The position numbers and the translations under genes were made by a program. A DNA stretch of 52,456 bases, the filler included, from Jimgerdemannia flammicorona (lineage: Eukaryota): NCBI GenBank assembly GCA_003990765.1. It is 2 parts of 2 records of this genome, joined end to end, with 100 filler letters (N's around TTAATTAATTAA, not from the genome) between each part and the next. Parts side by side here need not be neighbours in the genome. Positions count along the whole stretch, not along the records: positions 26,286 to 52,456 come from RBNJ01000753.1; 1 more part is not named here. One strand, given 5' to 3'. The notes beneath the pieces were generated by a model. The model had not been told where the DNA came from. It did no database searches and was given only the letters and a program-made list of their open reading frames with translations. This document shows positions 39,055 through 51,914 of the stretch, piece after piece; position 1 is the first letter of the stretch, and every line of letters begins with the position of its first letter.

Positions 39055-40435
39055 GCTAGGGTTAGGGTTAGGCTTCAAGTAAGGATTTATTCATTGTAGT
39101 GAAGAAAAGGTACATCAGAGCAATAAATAGCAAAGACTCCTGAGATAAGAAAAGCAAAACAAGGCCAGCAAAGTAAGCAACTAGCTAAGAAGTACAAACA
39201 AAGGCCAGAGAGGTGACCTCCCTATAGACAGGCTGGATAAAACCATTTTGTCAAGGCCATAAAGACAAAAAATGCAGAAAGCAAAGAAGAGAAATGAAAT
39301 AGAAATACACAATCACTCGGTGCCAACTACAAGGACCATATTGTCAACCAAATACCAAATGACTAACATGAGATGAATAACTCAATGCATTCTCAGCAAC
39401 AAGGGAACCAACTGAGACGAATGAGGGGAGAGGAAGGAATAAAGAAAATGTATGATCACTCGATCACTCAAGCATCTTCATAATCTCAGTCAGGTAAAAC
39501 CCAACTGCAAGGTGGTTACTGGAATTGCACACAGCATCAATAGCATGGTAGGCTGTCTCGTGAAGAGCATGAAGAGGGTAGACACAAAGTTCTTTCTGAT
39601 ATTCATCACTGGTAAATCAATCGAGTTGTTCATCTCAATTAGAAGTACCTTGGAATGTAGAATAGGAACCATCAAGAAGACTGCACCTGAGAAGATGGCC
39701 ATAATGAAACTTATCTCCACAGGGGCAGGGGCGGAGTTGACTAAAATAGCCATAATGCCAGACGAGAGCAGAGCACACAAGCCAGGGGGAGAAAGGAGAG
39801 GACACAATCGGCTCTCCATAACTGCAAGCGGTCTTTGGGGGTGATATACCAAACAAGAGCCTGAGAGAAAGAGGCCCATTCCTGCTGTAACTGATCATGA
39901 AGGAAGGACTGAAGGAAGAAGCAGAGCAAGCAAGTCTTGCAGACCTAGGGATGAAGGTCCCAGTACCAGTCAAGGAGGTCAAGCCAAGAGGTCCAATGCC
40001 TGAACTTGTCAATAATAGAACCCAGGGGATGTGTGACAAAGCACTCGGTAAGGGGGCTAATGGGATTGTTGCCAGACTTGCTATACTAATCTAGATGGGT
40101 TTGGAATATACAGCAGGGTCCAAAATATGATGAAGGAATGAAGGGAGGCTGAGAATCAAACTGCTAAGTAAGGGACAGTCGGAGAATCTGACTGCCCAAG
40201 TGATAGCATCATTAAAGACCTGCTTGGGATACTTCAACATCTGAAGCCCCATAGTAGTAGCCAGACAGGAGGCTTGTAAAAGAGGAAGGTCATACTCCAG
40301 CTAAGGTCTAATGAATGTCTATATAATAGCCAACTTGATTATCGGCAACCAGAGGGGACCACAGGCATGGCAGAACCCAAGAGTCCATTCCACCTTTGCC
40401 ACATTCTGTAATGTGAGGCTGACAAAGTCAAACCC
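39055..40435 (-). mobile_element. Telomere-repeat-tailed non-LTR element, unit 1 (5'-truncated, ~1.4 kb)
   Basis: Begins (+ strand) ctagggttagggttagg|cttcaagtaag. Co-linear with units 2-5 and ends at ...aagtcaaaccc. Confidence 0.9.
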
Positions 40436-40474
40436 AGGGTTAGGCATAGGGTTAGGGGTAGGGTTAGGGGTAGG
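40436..40474 (+). repeat. Longest interstitial telomere-like tract (TTAGGG and variants); others at 39056-39072, 42860-42870, 47946-47965, 51915-51928
   Basis: Read directly; every tract ends ...TAGG immediately before CTTCAAGTAAG. Confidence 0.9.
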
Positions 40475-42859
40475 CTTCAAGTAAGAATTTTTTCATTGTA
40501 GAGAAGACAAGGTACATTGAAGCAACAAAAGACAAAGACTCCTAAGATGAAAAAAGCAAAACAAGGCCAGCGAAGTAAATAACTAGCTAAGAAGAATAAA
40601 ACAAAGGCCAGAGAGGTGACCACCCTATGGACAGGCTAGATAAAATCATTTTATAATAGCCGTAAAGATAATAAATACAGAAAATAAAGAAAGGGAAGGC
40701 TAAGATATAATACACATTCACTCAGTGCCAGCTATATGAACTGGGTCAACAATCAAATACCAAATGACTGATATGAGATAAATAACTCAATATGCTCTCA
40801 ACAATGAGGGAACCAACCAAGGCAAATGAGAGGAAAGAAAGAAGTAAAGAAAATGTGCGACCGCTTGATCACCTAAGCATCTTCGTAATGTCGATCAGGC
40901 AGAACCCAACTGCAAGGTGGCCACCAGAATTACATATGGTATTGATAGTGTGATAGACCATCTCGTGAAGAGTATAAAGAGGGTAAGCATGAAGTTCTTC
41001 CTGCTATTCATCATTGGTAAACCAATCAAGCTATTCATCTCGATCAGAAGTACCTTGGAAAGTAGAATATGAACCATCGAGAAGACCACACCTAGGGAGA
41101 TGGCCATAATGAAACTGATCTCCACAGGGGCAGGGGCGGAGTTGGCCAAAATAGCCATAATGCCAGGCAAGGGCAGAACACACCAGCCAGGAGAGGAAGG
41201 AGAGGACACAGTCAGTGCCCCATGACCACAAGCGGCCTTTGGGGGTGATATACTGAACAAGAGCCTGGGAGGAGGAGGCCTATTCCTGCAGCAGTTGATC
41301 CCAAAGGAAGGACTAGAGGAAGGAGTGGAGTGAGCGAGTCTTGTAGACCTGAGGACAAAGGTCTCAGTACCAGTCAAGGAAGTCAAGCCAGGAGGTCCAA
41401 CATCAGAACTTGTCAATGATAGAACCTGGGGGATATGTGACAAAGTGCTCGTTAAGTGGGCTGATGGAGTTGTTGCCAGACTTGCTACACTAATCGAGGT
41501 GGGCTTGGAACATGCATCAGAGGTCGAACATATGACAGAGGAAGGAAGAGAGGTCGAGAATCGAACTGCTAAGCAAGGGATGGCCGGAAAATCCAACTGC
41601 CCAAGCAACAGCATCATCAAAGACTTGCTCAGGGCACTTCAACATCTGAAGCCCCATGGTAGTAGTCAGACAGGAGGCTTATAGAAGAGAAAGGCCATAC
41701 TCCAGCTGAGGCCTGATGAATGTTGGTACGATGGCCAACTTGACAGTTAGTGATTAGAGAGGACTACTGGTGCAGCAGAACCCAAGAGTTCATTCTGCCT
41801 TTGCTGTATTCCACAATGTGAGACTGATAAAGTCAAACCCTTTGTTGATATATGGCATGCCCAGGTACATATAGGAGGGGGGTCATGGGCAGGGTTCACA
41901 CCCAATCAGCACAGTACAGTTAGCAGGGCCAATATAATCACACTTCTTGAGGTTGAGCTCCATACCATTCATCCAAAGCTAGTCTTCGCAAAAGTCAACC
42001 ATCCTCTACCCTTGTGCGGTAGTGTGGGGGTGAGGGCGATATCATCAGCAAAGAAGAGCCTGAGGGGGAAGTTGTACTCCTTGAATTGTTCATCAAAGGA
42101 GGCAGCAAGGGGGTCGATAAAGACATCAAATAGCCAAGGAGAGAGAAGGGAGCACTGGAACAGACCATGCTCAGTGGAGATCGAAGGGGTGATGAGGTCA
42201 ATAACAACCACCTGATAGGAACAGTGATTGAACAGGCTTCAGATAATGCTAAGGAGGGCCACATTGGTACCTCACATCCGAAGTTGTAAAAGAATGAGAT
42301 TGAGGGAGACTCAGTCATATGCCTGCCAGAGGTCAAGAAAGACACAGTTGCCCCATCTCTTGGCCCACGTATCATGCAATAGCAAGACATGAGAGAGGGA
42401 TGAGAAGTGGGTTCAGAAGCCAACTTGGCAGTATGACATTTCTGTCAGGCTACTTTGGCTCTTGATATATCCTTCCAAACACCACTTGAAGAGTCTACGA
42501 AACATTTCAGTCATAGTAATAGGGTGAAATCCATCTATCATATGTGATTCCTCCTTTTTAGGAACTAGGATGATGATGGCAGAGTTCTAGCAGCAGGGAG
42601 TGAGCCCCCAAACCATGTATATTTGGAAGAAGAATGATAGGGCCTTCGACAGACTACAGGGGGCATTCTTCTCACCTACCATCACCTTAAGGATCCGGAC
42701 ATGCAAGGAGTTGGCTCCACATACCTTTGAGAGGGGGTAGCTGCCAATAGCCCTCTAAACCACAGGCTGGTTGAACTAATATGATAGTCCAAGAGCACCT
42801 ATGCCGAAAGAGAAGACATCCTCAGAGTCATCAAGATGGAGGGAGGCATTCGGTTGGCC
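40436..42859 (-). mobile_element. Telomere-repeat-tailed non-LTR element, unit 2 (5'-truncated, ~2.4 kb, includes RT core)
   Basis: Tract agggttaggcatagggttaggggtagggttaggggtagg|cttcaagtaag. RT motifs SLLSPWLFDVFIDPL and LFFADDIAL. Confidence 0.92.
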
Positions 42860-43264
42860 TTAGAGTTAGGCTTCAAGTAAGGATTTATTCATTATAAAGA
42901 AGATAAGGTACATCAAAGCAATAAAAGACAAGGACTCCTAAGATGAGAAAAGCAAAACAAGGCCAGTGAAGTAAACAACTAGCTAAGAGGAACAAACAAA
43001 GACCAGAGAGGTGACCACCCTATGGACAGGCTGGATAAAAACCATTTTGTCATGGCCATAAGGGTAATAAATGTGGAAAGCAAAGAAAAGGAAGGCTAAG
43101 ATATATTACACATTCACCTGGTGTCAATTACATGAACTGTATCAACAACCAAATACCAAATGACTGACATGAGATGAATAATTGAATGCACTCTCAACAA
43201 TGAGGAAACCAACCAAGGCAAACAAGGGGAAAGAAAGAAGTAAAGAAAATGTGCGATTGCTCGA

Positions 43265-46200
43265 TCACCTAAGCATCTTCATAATCTTGATCAGACAGAA
43301 CCCTAGCATGAGATAGCCACCAGAGTTACACATGGAGTTGATAGTGTGATAGGCTGTCTCGTGAAGAGCGTGAAGAGGGTAGACATGAAGTTCTTCCTGC
43401 CATTTGTCATTGGTAAACCAATTGAACTGTTCATCTCGATTGGATGAACCTCAGAAAGCAGAATACAAACCATCAAGAAGACCACACCTGAGGAGATGGC
43501 TGCAATGAAACTTATCTCTACAGGGGCAGGGGCGGGGTTGGCTAAAATAGCCATATCGCTAGGTGAGGGCAGAGTGCATAAGCCTGGGGGGAAGGAGAGG
43601 ACATGGTCAGTACCCTACAACTGCAAGTGGTCTTTGGGGGTGATATACCAAACAAGAGGCAGGGAGGATGAGGCACATTCCTGCAGCAGCTGATCCTGAA
43701 AGAAGGACTGGAGGAAGGAGCAGAGTGAGTGAGTCTTGCAGACCTAGGGATGGAGGTCCCAGTACTAGTTGAGGAAGTCAAGCCAGGAGGTCCAACACCA
43801 GAACTTATCAATGATAGAACCAGTGAGACATGTGATAAAGCACTTGCTAAGAGGGCCAATGAGGTTGTTGCCAGACTTACTACACCAATCTAGGTGGCTT
43901 GGAACATGTAGCAGAGGTCGGATGTACAATGGAGAAAGGAGGGGAGGCTAAGAATTGAACTGCCAAGCAAGGAACAGCCGGAAAATCTGACTGCCCAAGT
44001 GACAGCATTATCAAAGACCTGCTCGGGATGCTTCAATACCTGAAGCCCTGTGGTAGTAGCTAGACAGGAAGCTTGTAGAAGAGAGAGGCCATACTTCAGC
44101 TGAGGCCTGATGAATGTTCGAATGATGGCCAGCTTGACCATTGGTGACCAGAGAGAACCATGGGCATGGCAGAACCCAAGAGTTCATTCTGCCTTTGCCG
44201 CATTTTGCAATGTAAGGCCAACAAAGTCAAACCCTTTGTTGGTGTATGGTATGCCCAGGTATATATATGAGGGGGGTCACAGGCAGAGTTTGCCCCCAAT
44301 CAGTAGGGTACAGTCAACAGGGCCAACATAACTGCATTTCTTGGGATTGAGCTCTATGCCATTTACCTGAAGCCAGTCCTCGCAAAAGTCAACCATCCTC
44401 TGCCCTTCCACGGCAGTGCGGGGGGTGAGGGTGATGTCATTAGCAAAGAAGAGCCTGAGGGGGAAGTCATACTCCTTGAATTATTCATCAAAGGAGGTGG
44501 CGAGGGGGTCGATAAAGACAAGGGGAGAGGAGAGAGCCCTGGAAGAGGCCATGCTCAGTGGGGACCGAAGGGTTGACGAGGCCATTAACAACTACCTGAT
44601 AAGAACAGTGATTGAACAGGCTACAGATAATGCTAAGGAGGGCTGCATCGGCACCTCGTGCCTCAAGTCACGAAAGAATGAGCTTGGGGAGACTCCGTCA
44701 TATGCCTGTCAGAGGTCAAGAAAGACATGGTGGCCCCATCCTTTAGCTCACATCTCATGCGATAACAAGACGTGAGAGAGAGATGAGAAGCAGGTTCAGA
44801 AGCCACCTTGGTAGCATGACATTTCTGTCAGACCACTTTGGCTCTTGATATAACCTTCCAAACACCGCTCGAAGAGTCTACGAAATATTTCAGTTATAGC
44901 AATAGGGCGAAACCCATCAATCATACATGATTCCTTCTTCTTAGGGATCGAGGTGATGATGGCAGAGTTCCAGCAGCAGGGAGCGAACCCCCAAACCATG
45001 CACATTTGGGAAAAGTATAATAGGGCTTTCGATAGACTATAGGGGGCATTTTTCTTACCTGCCATCACCCAAAGGATCCAGACATGGAAGGAGTCGGCTC
45101 CACATGCCTTTGAGAGGGGGTAGCTGTGGATAGCCCTCCAAACTGCAGGTTCATCAAACCAAGACTGAGTCTAAGAGCACCCATACCAAGAGGGAAGAAA
45201 TCCTCAGAGTCATCAAGATGAAGGGAGGCATCCAGCTGGCCAAAGATAGTGGTGAAATGAGCAACCACATTGTCGAACACTAGGACATTGGGGGAGCGAG
45301 ATTGGAGGAGAGTGAGGGGGGTAGAGTGGTATGCTTGCTTGAAACCATGAATGGCATCGGAGACTGAAGATGCACTACAAAGAAGGTCCTGCCAAGGGAG
45401 CAGCACTGCCCTGATCTCTCTTACATTATACAAGCCAAGAATGTCCTCACAAAATGATTGTAGACCAGAGGTCAAAAGGACATCAAGAGAATTCACAAAC
45501 TGCTGATGATCTTCCACAGAGTGAAAGCTAGCAATATGGTCTCTGTTAGAGTAGATGGACCTAACAACAGTATTGTAAATGATATCTGCTGATTCCCGGA
45601 GGTGGGCTTGAATGACCAGATTGGTCAGGTATCTCACAGAGTAATGATGGATGCCAGCCAAGGTGGCAACTGGTGAGGGGGAGAAGGAAAAGGAGATAGT
45701 AAGGAGGGAGGGGTGGTCGGTAGCAATAGGAGGGGTGGAGCAAGTGAGAGATGCATAGAGGGATATGGTGGCAAATGCATGATCAACGTATATGGATCCA
45801 GCCACTATAGTCAGATGGTTCAATGACTATGTCATCAGGGAGGTGTCGACGACATCCATCTGGTTGCAGGGACCAGAGTTGATGTCACTAAGGTGAGCAC
45901 CGAAGCAGGTATTGATGTCACCAATCAAAAGGGCCTTATCTGAGAAGGGTCCTGATACCAGATCTCGGAAGCCACCAATGGGAAGAGAGGGGAGGGCATA
46001 AACCCCAACCAAAGCCAGGCCCTCGAACATGAGCCGAATATGGAAGGGGTCAGTGGAGGACTCAGAAATAAGTAGGGTGAAATGGTTTGACACGAGGACC
46101 ACAAGGCCACCATTCTGATGACCCACAATCCTGTTCGACACCAGGGGAGAAAACATGTGAATGAGCAGAGAGGGATGCAGCAGGATGTACCACATTTCAC

Positions 46201-46297
46201 ATATGAAAAGAATGTTGAGGGCAGGACCAATCAGCTGACTGAGCATATCAAACTTGTCCTGGGGTAGTCTGTGTACATTGAGGAACCCAACTCTCAT
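43265..46297 (-). pseudogene. ORF2 of unit 3: APE endonuclease + reverse transcriptase
   Basis: APE motifs MRVGFLNV, LFICEMW, LVGVYA, LLIGDIN, YVDHAF and TDHP. RT motifs ITSIPKK, GFRPIAITEIFRRLFE, QGGF and RTFIRPQLKYG. Broken by stops and frameshifts; the 3' boundary is approximate. Confidence 0.85.
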
Positions 46298-46309
46298 TGT
46301 AGGCTGGGC

Positions 46310-47536
46310 GCATTAGTGCCAACAGTGTGGGAAGCACCTGAGGAGGAAGCTTCAGCTTCCAAATCTATTGCCATATCTCCTATCATGGCTACAGTACCAC
46401 TTGCCTTCAAAGCAGGGCCAGCCGACAGGGGGGCAGAGGGGGGAGAGTGAGGCCAAGTTCCGCGGCCCAAGCTCTGTAGAAGGTCTGCACCTCAGGCCTC
46501 TTTACAGTGGCTTCGCCAGCCAACTGCCAGACCCGAGCATGGAAGGACTGGAGTACCCATGTCTTCATGGCCTCTATGGCATTCTTGTTGTTAGGAAGCA
46601 CAGGGCCCCAGGCCGACAGCACCGAGAACCCAAGCACCTTCATCCTCTTTTAGAACACTGTGATATAATCAGGATAGAATAGGAATTCAATGGTTAACAC
46701 CGAGACATACGACATATTGAGAACTTTTGACAACATTATATAGACATCATACAGGTTCTTCCAGATCTGCCCGATCTTGGATGGGCAAATCCGTCAACAT
46801 AAATGTGCTACAGCCTAGTGCCATTCTCAGTTGGTGACAAATGAGAGGTCAGCTTGTAGTTATGTATGAAAGATCGGTGGCAGCAGCTGCCCTTTCAGTC
46901 TCAGGGTAGACCTGGGTCCTATCTTTGATAGAGACCTTCTTGGCGATGGCGGCATATGATTTGAGGGGGGTAGGGGTCGAAGCAGGGGATGAAGACAGAC
47001 TGGCAGAGCTGGGTCTTACAGGTGTAACCCTAACCCACTGGCCTGGGGGCCTTGGCCTTGGCCTTTTTAGGGGGTGCAGCTTTAGCGGCTAGAGGCACAG
47101 CCGTGGGAGTTGCCTCCTTCAGTGGTGCATCAGACTGTGATGGGGTGGCTTTAGCAGCCTGCTTGTCTGCTCTCTTCTGAGCCTTCGACCATGTGTTTGT
47201 GACAGGTCCAGTAGGAGGGGGGGCCAAGGACTTGTGGGGGGCAGATGTGGAAGGGGTGGCAGGAGTATTTCTCGAAGGAGTACCAGATGATGAGGGGGTG
47301 GTGGGTGCAGACCATATAGCAATCTGCGCTAATAGCTGGGCATTGATCTTGACCAGTTCAGCTACTTGAGTCAGCAGATCTGAGATCTGCTTCCTCATCG
47401 TGGCCATCTCTATGACCAGATCAGGGTTGGGTGAGGGGCCCACATGACCAGCCATCAGGGCATAGAGAGTAGTGGGGGCACTGGGCATCATGGTCTGAAT
47501 CTGAAGAGATCGCAATCTCTTCGTCATCTTCTGCAT
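46310..47536 (-). pseudogene. ORF1 of unit 3 (coiled coil, P/T/A-rich linker, SYAAIAKK motif)
   Basis: ORF 47030-47536 with heptad-like EMATMRKQISDLLTQVAELVKINAQLLAQI. It continues after a stop. The C-terminal part is homologous to ORF 51344-51934 of unit 4. Confidence 0.7.
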
Positions 47537-47945
47537 CGTGTAGGGAAGATAAATATGCTGATATCAGTCATACATCCCCGCACGACCTACACATCTCTGT
47601 AAGGCTACCCTCGCCAAAGCCAAGAGAGAGAAGACCAATACTGTGACCCTCAGTACAGCAGAGAGAGGCGGCAAAGCATACAAAGAGACAGGTGGCATTG
47701 CTGTCATCACCGATGATGGAGGAGGTGGCCAACATTACTGAATTAAGCAGAGGTGTATTTGTTTGTATTTATGAAATTGTGAAATATGGGTCACATGACC
47801 TTTGTTTGTGCAACAAAAAAATAATAGTAAATGGTGGTATTTATACCCAATGAGAGGCTTAGCTAATCAAAGTGACTGCTTTCATAATTTGGAATAGCTT
47901 TGGGCCATAAAGCCGAGTCTAACCAAATGGTGAAATCATGTGAGT

Positions 47946-50900
47946 GGGATAGGGTTAGGCTTAGGCTTCAAGTAAGAATTTATTTATTGTAGAGAAGACA
48001 AGGTACATTAGAGCAATAAAAGGCAAAGACTCCTAAGATGAGAGAAGTAAAGCAAGGCCAGTAAAGTAAATAACTAGCTAAGAAGAACAAAACAGAGGCC
48101 AGAGAGGTGACCACCCAATGGACGGGCTGGATAAAACTATTTTGTCATGGCTGTAAAGATAATAAATGCGAAAAGTAAAGAAAAGGAAGGCTAAAATATA
48201 ATACACGTTCGCCTGGCACCAACTACATGATCATTGACAACTAAATACCAAATGACTGATATGAGATGAATAACTCAACGTACTCCCAACAATGAGAGAA
48301 CCAACCAAGGCGGATGAGGGAAAAGAAGAAAGTAAAGAAAATATATAATTGCTTGATCACCTAAGTATCTTCATAATCTCGGTCAGGCAGAACCCAACTA
48401 TGAGATGGCCACCAGAATTATAAATAGTATCAATAGTATGATAGGCCATCTCGTAAAGATCATGAAGAGGGTAGGCATGAAGTTCTTCCAGCCATTCATC
48501 ATTGGTAAACCAATCAAGCTATTTACCTCGATCAGAAGTACCTTGGAAAGCTGAATAAGAACCAACAAGAAGACTGCACCTAGGGAGATGGCTATAATGA
48601 AACTTATCTCCACAGGGGCAGGGGTGGGGTTGGCCAAAATAGCCATAATGCCAGGTGAGCACAGTGCGCACCAGCTAGAGGGGGATGGAGAGAATATGGT
48701 CAGTACCCCACAACTGCAAGTGGTCTTTGGGGGTGATATACCAAATGAGAGCCTGAGAGGAGGAGGCCCATTCCTGCAGCAGGTGATCCCGAAGGAAGGA
48801 CTGGAGGAAGAAGCAGAGTGAGCAAGTCTTGTGGACCAGAGGATGAAGATCCCAGTACTAGTCGAGGAAGTGAAGGTCCAACGCTGGAACTTGTCAATGA
48901 TAGAACCTGGGGAATGTGTGACAAAGCACTTGCTAAGGGGGCCGATGGGGTTGTTGCCTGACTTGCTACACCAATCCAGATGGGCTTGAAACATGTAGCA
49001 GAGGTCAGATATATGATGAAGGAAAGAGGGGAGGCCAAGAATCGAACTACCAAGCAAGGGACGGCCAGAAAACCCAACTGCCCAAGCAAAAGTGTCATCA
49101 AAGACCTGTTTAGGATACTTTAACATCTGAAGCCCCATAGTAGTAGCCGGATAGAAGGCTCGTAGAAGGGGGAGGCCATACTCCAGCTGAGGCCTGATGA
49201 ATGTTCATATGATGGCCAGCTTGACCATTGGCAACCAGAGAGGACCATGGGCATGACAGAACCCCAAAGTTCATTCCATCTTTACTATATTCTGTAATGC
49301 TAGACTGATAAAGTCAAACCCTTTATTAGTATTTAGTACACCCAGGTACACATAGGGGGGGGGTCATGGGCAGGGTTCACCCCCAATCAGTACAGTACAG
49401 TCAGCAGGGCCAATATAACCACACTTCTTAGAGTTGAGCTCTATACCATTTGCCCAAAGCCAGTCTTCACCGAAGTCGACCATCCTCTGTCCTTCTACAG
49501 CAGTGTGGGGGATGAGGGAGATATCATCAGTAAAGAAAAGCCTGAGGGGGAAGTCATACTCCTTGAACTGTTCATCAAAGGAGGCAGCAAGGGGGTCGAT
49601 AAAGACATCAAACAACCAAGGGGAGAGGAGGGAGCCCTGGAGGCTACACTTAGTGGGGACTGAAGGGGTGATGAGGCCATTAACAACCATCTAATAGGAA
49701 CAGTGGTTGAACAGGCTTTAGATAATGCTGAGGAGGGCCGCATTGGCACCTTGTACCTCAAGTCGGAAAAGAATGAGTTTGAGAGGGACTCAGTCATACA
49801 TCTGCTGGAGGTCAAGAAAGACATGGTGGCCCCATCTCTTAGCCCACATATCATGTGATAGCAAGACATGAGAGAGGGACAAGAAGTGGGTTCGGAGCTA
49901 CCTTGGCAGCACAACATTTCTGTTTGACTACTTCAGCTCTTAACGTAACTTTCCAAACACTGCTCGAAGAGTCTACGAAATATTTCAGTCAGAGCAATGG
50001 AGTGAAATCCATCAATTATGCGCAATTCCTCCTTCTTAGGGACCAGGGTGATAATGGCTAAGTTCCAGTGGTGGGGAGTAAGCCCCCAGACCATACATAT
50101 CTAGAAGAAGAATGATAGAGCCTTCGACAGGCTACAGGGGGCTTCCTTCTCACCTGCCATCACCTGAAGGATCCAGACATGTAAGGAGTTGGCTCTACAT
50201 GCCTTCTAGAGGAGGTAGCCGCTGATAGCCCTCCAAACCACAGGCTGGTCAAACCAAGACTGCAGTCCAAGAGCACCCACACCAAGAGAGAAGATATCCT
50301 CAGAGTCATTGAGATGGAGAGAGACATCTGGTTGGCCAAAGATAGTGGTGAAGTGAACAACCACATCATCGAACACCAGGATATTGGAGGAGTGAGATTT
50401 GAGGGGTGCAAGGAGAGTGGAGCGGTACACTCGCTTGAATTCACAAATGGTATCAGAGACCGAAGATGTACTACGAAGAAGGTCCTGCTGAGGGAGTGGC
50501 ACTACCCTGATCTCTCTTGTATCATACGAGCCAAGAATGTCCTCACAAACTGACTATAGACCAGAGGTCAAAAAGGCATCAAGAGAATCCACAAACTGTT
50601 GGCGATCTTCCATAGAGCAAAAGTCAGCAATATGGTCTCTGATAGAATAGATGGACCTGACAACAGTATCGTAAATAATATCTGCTGATTCCCAGAGGTG
50701 AGCTTGAATGACCAGATCAGTCAGATATCTCACAGAGTAATGACAGATACTAGCCAAGACAGTGACTGGCGAGGGGGAGAAGAGAAAGGAGACAGTGAGG
50801 AGGGAGGGGTGGTTGGAAGTGACAGGAGGGGTGGAGCAGATGAGGGACGCATGGAGGGACATAGTGGCAAATGCATGATCAACACATGTAGATCCAGCCA

Positions 50901-51914
50901 CTGAGGTCAGGTGGTTCAACAACCATATCATCAGGGAGGTGTCAATGATATCCATCTGGTCGCGGGAACTAGAGCCGACATCACTAAGGCAGGCACTGAA
51001 GTGGGTATTGGTGTCACCAATCAAAAGGGCCTTACCTGGGAAGGGTCCAGACACCAGATCATAGAAACCACCAATAGGAAGAGAGGAGAGGGCATAAACT
51101 GCAACCAAAGCCAGGTCCTGGAATATGAGCCAGATATAGAAGGGGTCAGTGGAGGACCCGGAAATAAGGTGGGCAAAACAGTTTGACATGAGGACTACAA
51201 GGCCACCATTCTGATGACCTATGATCCTGTATGATACCAGGGGGGGGGACATGTGAATGAGCAGAGAGGGATGTAGTGGGATGTGCCATGTTTTAAATAT
51301 AAAACGAGCGTCAAGGGCAGGACCAATTAACTGACTGAGCACATCAAACTTGTCCTAGGGTAGTCTGTGTGCATTGAGGAACCCAACTCTCATTGTGGGC
51401 CAGGCGCATTAGTGTCAACAGTGTGAAAAGTATCTGAGGAGGAAGCTTCAGCTTCCAAATCCATACAGTACCACCTGCCTTCGAAGCTGGGCTGGCTGAC
51501 GTGGGGGCAGAGGAGGGGCAGGTAAGGCCGAGTTCTGTGGCCCAAGCTCTGTAGAAGGTCTGTACCTCAGGCCTCTTTGCAGTGGCTTCACCAGCCAACT
51601 GCCGGACCCAAGCATGGAATGACTTGAGTACCCAGGGGAGCATGGGGTTCCAGGCCGAAAGCACTAAGAACCCGAGCATCTTCATCTTCATTTGGAATGC
51701 TGTCATATAATTAGGGTGGAGCAGGAATTTGATGGTCAATGCCAAAACATACGACATATTGAGAATCTTTGACAATATCACATAGATGTCATACAAGTTC
51801 TTCCAGATCTGCCTGATCTTAAGATGGACAAATCTGTTGATGTAAATGTGCTGCAGCCTAGCACCCTTCTCAGTCAGCAACAAATGAGAGTTCAGCTTGT
51901 GGGTCATGTATGAA
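47946..51914 (-). mobile_element. Telomere-repeat-tailed non-LTR element, unit 4 (5'-truncated within ORF1, ~4.0 kb)
   Basis: Tract gggatagggttaggcttagg|cttcaagtaag. RT motifs LQGSLLSPWLF and FFTDDISL; APE in 50554-51342. Ends at ...gtatgaaag, where unit 3 continues atcggtgg. Confidence 0.92.

Larger units (their letters stand above)
42860..47945 (-). mobile_element. Telomere-repeat-tailed non-LTR element, unit 3 (apparently full length, ~5.1 kb; ORF1 + APE-RT ORF2, both disrupted)
   Basis: Tract ttagagttagg|cttcaagtaag. ORF1 starts at 47536 and ORF2 at 46297, with ~400-nt non-coding ends on both sides. Confidence 0.92.

Noticed and set aside
47025..47036. TAACCCTAACCC inside ORF1 of unit 3
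   Set aside because: Opposite orientation to the junction tracts and not at a unit boundary. It is plausibly a chance product of a CAG>TAG change in coding sequence.
39452..51186. Numerous plus-strand ORFs within the array
   Set aside because: Antisense shadows of the decayed ORF2, with no conserved open frame across units.
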